A stretch of 63,594 nt of DNA, the filler included, from Salisapilia sapeloensis CBS 127946 (lineage: Eukaryota > Protista > Oomycota): NCBI GenBank assembly GCA_023334545.1. It is 4 parts of 4 records of this genome, joined end to end, with 100 filler letters (N's around TTAATTAATTAA, not from the genome) between each part and the next. Parts side by side here need not be neighbours in the genome. Positions count along the whole stretch, not along the records: positions 60,816 to 63,594 come from JAADVB010000847.1; 3 more parts are not named here. One strand, written 5' to 3'. A program made the translations under genes and the position numbers. Positions 62,792-63,594 of the stretch are shown piece after piece. The notes below the pieces were generated by a model that worked only from the letters and a program-made list of their open reading frames with translations, searched no databases and was not told the DNA's origin. Every line of letters begins with the position of its first letter. Positions within the stretch are counted from its first letter, which is position 1.

Positions 62792-63594
62792 ATGGCCAGC
62801 ACTGCCCATCAGGACCTGAGCGACTACGTTTCCCACCAGACGCTGATGAGTGCCAACGACCCGCTCGTCGGACAGTCAGTCAAGCATCACCCGGCACATC
62901 CGGACGCTCCACATGGAATGGGCAATCCACTTCCCCCTCAGCTTCCCGAGACGGACTTTGCCAACCTGAACATGGCGTCCAAGGTCTTCGAATGGATCGT
63001 CTTCCACGTCCTCAACGCCATCATCGGGTCCGTCGGCTTTGCCATAGCGATCGCAGGCATCATCGCCGTGCCGACTCTGCTCGTCTTCTTCTGCCTCGGA
63101 GCTCCCGTCCTCCAGCTCCTCTTCCTGCTGCTCAAGAAGATGTCCGTCCTGGACGTCGCCATGGCCAACAGGATCACTCCGGCCAAAGACAAGATCTACA
63201 TCCATCCGGATATTGACAGTGGCTTGACGCTTGACGGATCTCGGAGCATGGCTTCCCGACTCTTCTACGTCTCAACTCGGTCCTGCCTCAACGTCGTGTA
63301 CTTTGCCACGGTCAAGTTCTTCTTTGCCGCGATCAGCGCGAGCATCTTCCACCTCGTCCTCGGCAACCCCATCGTGGCGATCGCGACGGGAGGTGACCGC
63401 GATGTCACGATCGGAAACTTTTCGTTGAAAGCCGATGGCGGATTGTACTATGCAGCCATCATCTTGATGGCCGTCGGGGGACTTGTCCTTATTCCGGTCA
63501 ACGCCTACGCGTCCCGCAAACTGACTGCCATCTTCTGTGGACAACGACGCAATGCCTCGACGATAACCTACTCTCGACCGACCATGCCGACAGC
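62792..63594 (+). CDS. Four-TM membrane protein resembling the 'putative sensor' domain family; runs off the window end
   Basis: Manual translation, open for 267 codons with no stop: ..VFEWIVFHVLNAIIGSVGFAIAIAGII..LLVFFCLGAPVLQLLF..LDVAMANRI..VVYFATVKFFF..AAIILMAVGGLVLI..RKLTAIFCG. Strong C/G codon bias. The family label is tentative. Confidence 0.75.
   Translation, partial: MASTAHQDLSDYVSHQTLMSANDPLVGQSVKHHPAHPDAPHGMGNPLPPQLPETDFANLNMASKVFEWIVFHVLNAIIGSVGFAIAIAGIIAVPTLLVFFCLGAPVLQLLFLLLKKMSVLDVAMANRITPAKDKIYIHPDIDSGLTLDGSRSMASRLFYVSTRSCLNVVYFATVKFFFAAISASIFHLVLGNPIVAIATGGDRDVTIGNFSLKADGGLYYAAIILMAVGGLVLIPVNAYASRKLTAIFCGQRRNASTITYSRPTMPT

Noticed and set aside
1-63594. tRNA, rRNA, snRNA, CRISPR, telomeric repeats or intact transposon ORFs
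   Set aside because: I found none by eye (no T-loop/anticodon cloverleaf, RT, integrase or transposase motifs). tRNAscan-SE, Infernal and RepeatMasker runs are needed to exclude them.

Overview
Gene-dense eukaryotic scaffold segment, most consistent with a flagellated oomycete. Support: short 53-81 nt GT-AG introns, a perfect oomycete INR-FPR core promoter, and oomycete-type GH5, expansin, ankyrin and class-C GPCR families plus central-pair flagellar genes. About 24 genes are visible: Gfo/Idh/MocA oxidoreductase (5' end only), SWEET, a multidomain TEY MAPK (adaptin-appendage-like/PH/NTF2-like/C2/kinase), a 5-exon bZIP-like factor, a catalytically dead GH5, SulP, CFAP47, a class-C-like GPCR, a decayed ankyrin gene, a giant mucin-stalk TRP/Flc-like membrane protein, DCTN2, a PLD3-like enzyme, CFAP221, Eco1/ESCO, a low-complexity protein, JHY-like, a 5-exon ATG12 that the ORF track shows only as a fragment, two expansin-like genes, an MFS sugar porter, three tandem disordered proteins sharing an ExxxFxxFGG motif, Aurora kinase, a frameshifted trypsin and a sensor-like membrane protein running off the end. 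Three 100-nt N gaps carry an artificial TTAATTAATTAA linker. I recognised no RNA genes, CRISPR arrays or intact mobile elements. All family assignments come from motif recognition by eye, with no database search. The best candidates for something undescribed are the three-gene FGG-motif cluster (54277-56489), the MAPK architecture, the GGMLEDEP-punctuated mucin-TRP protein and the bZIP-like factor with Gln at the invariant Asn.
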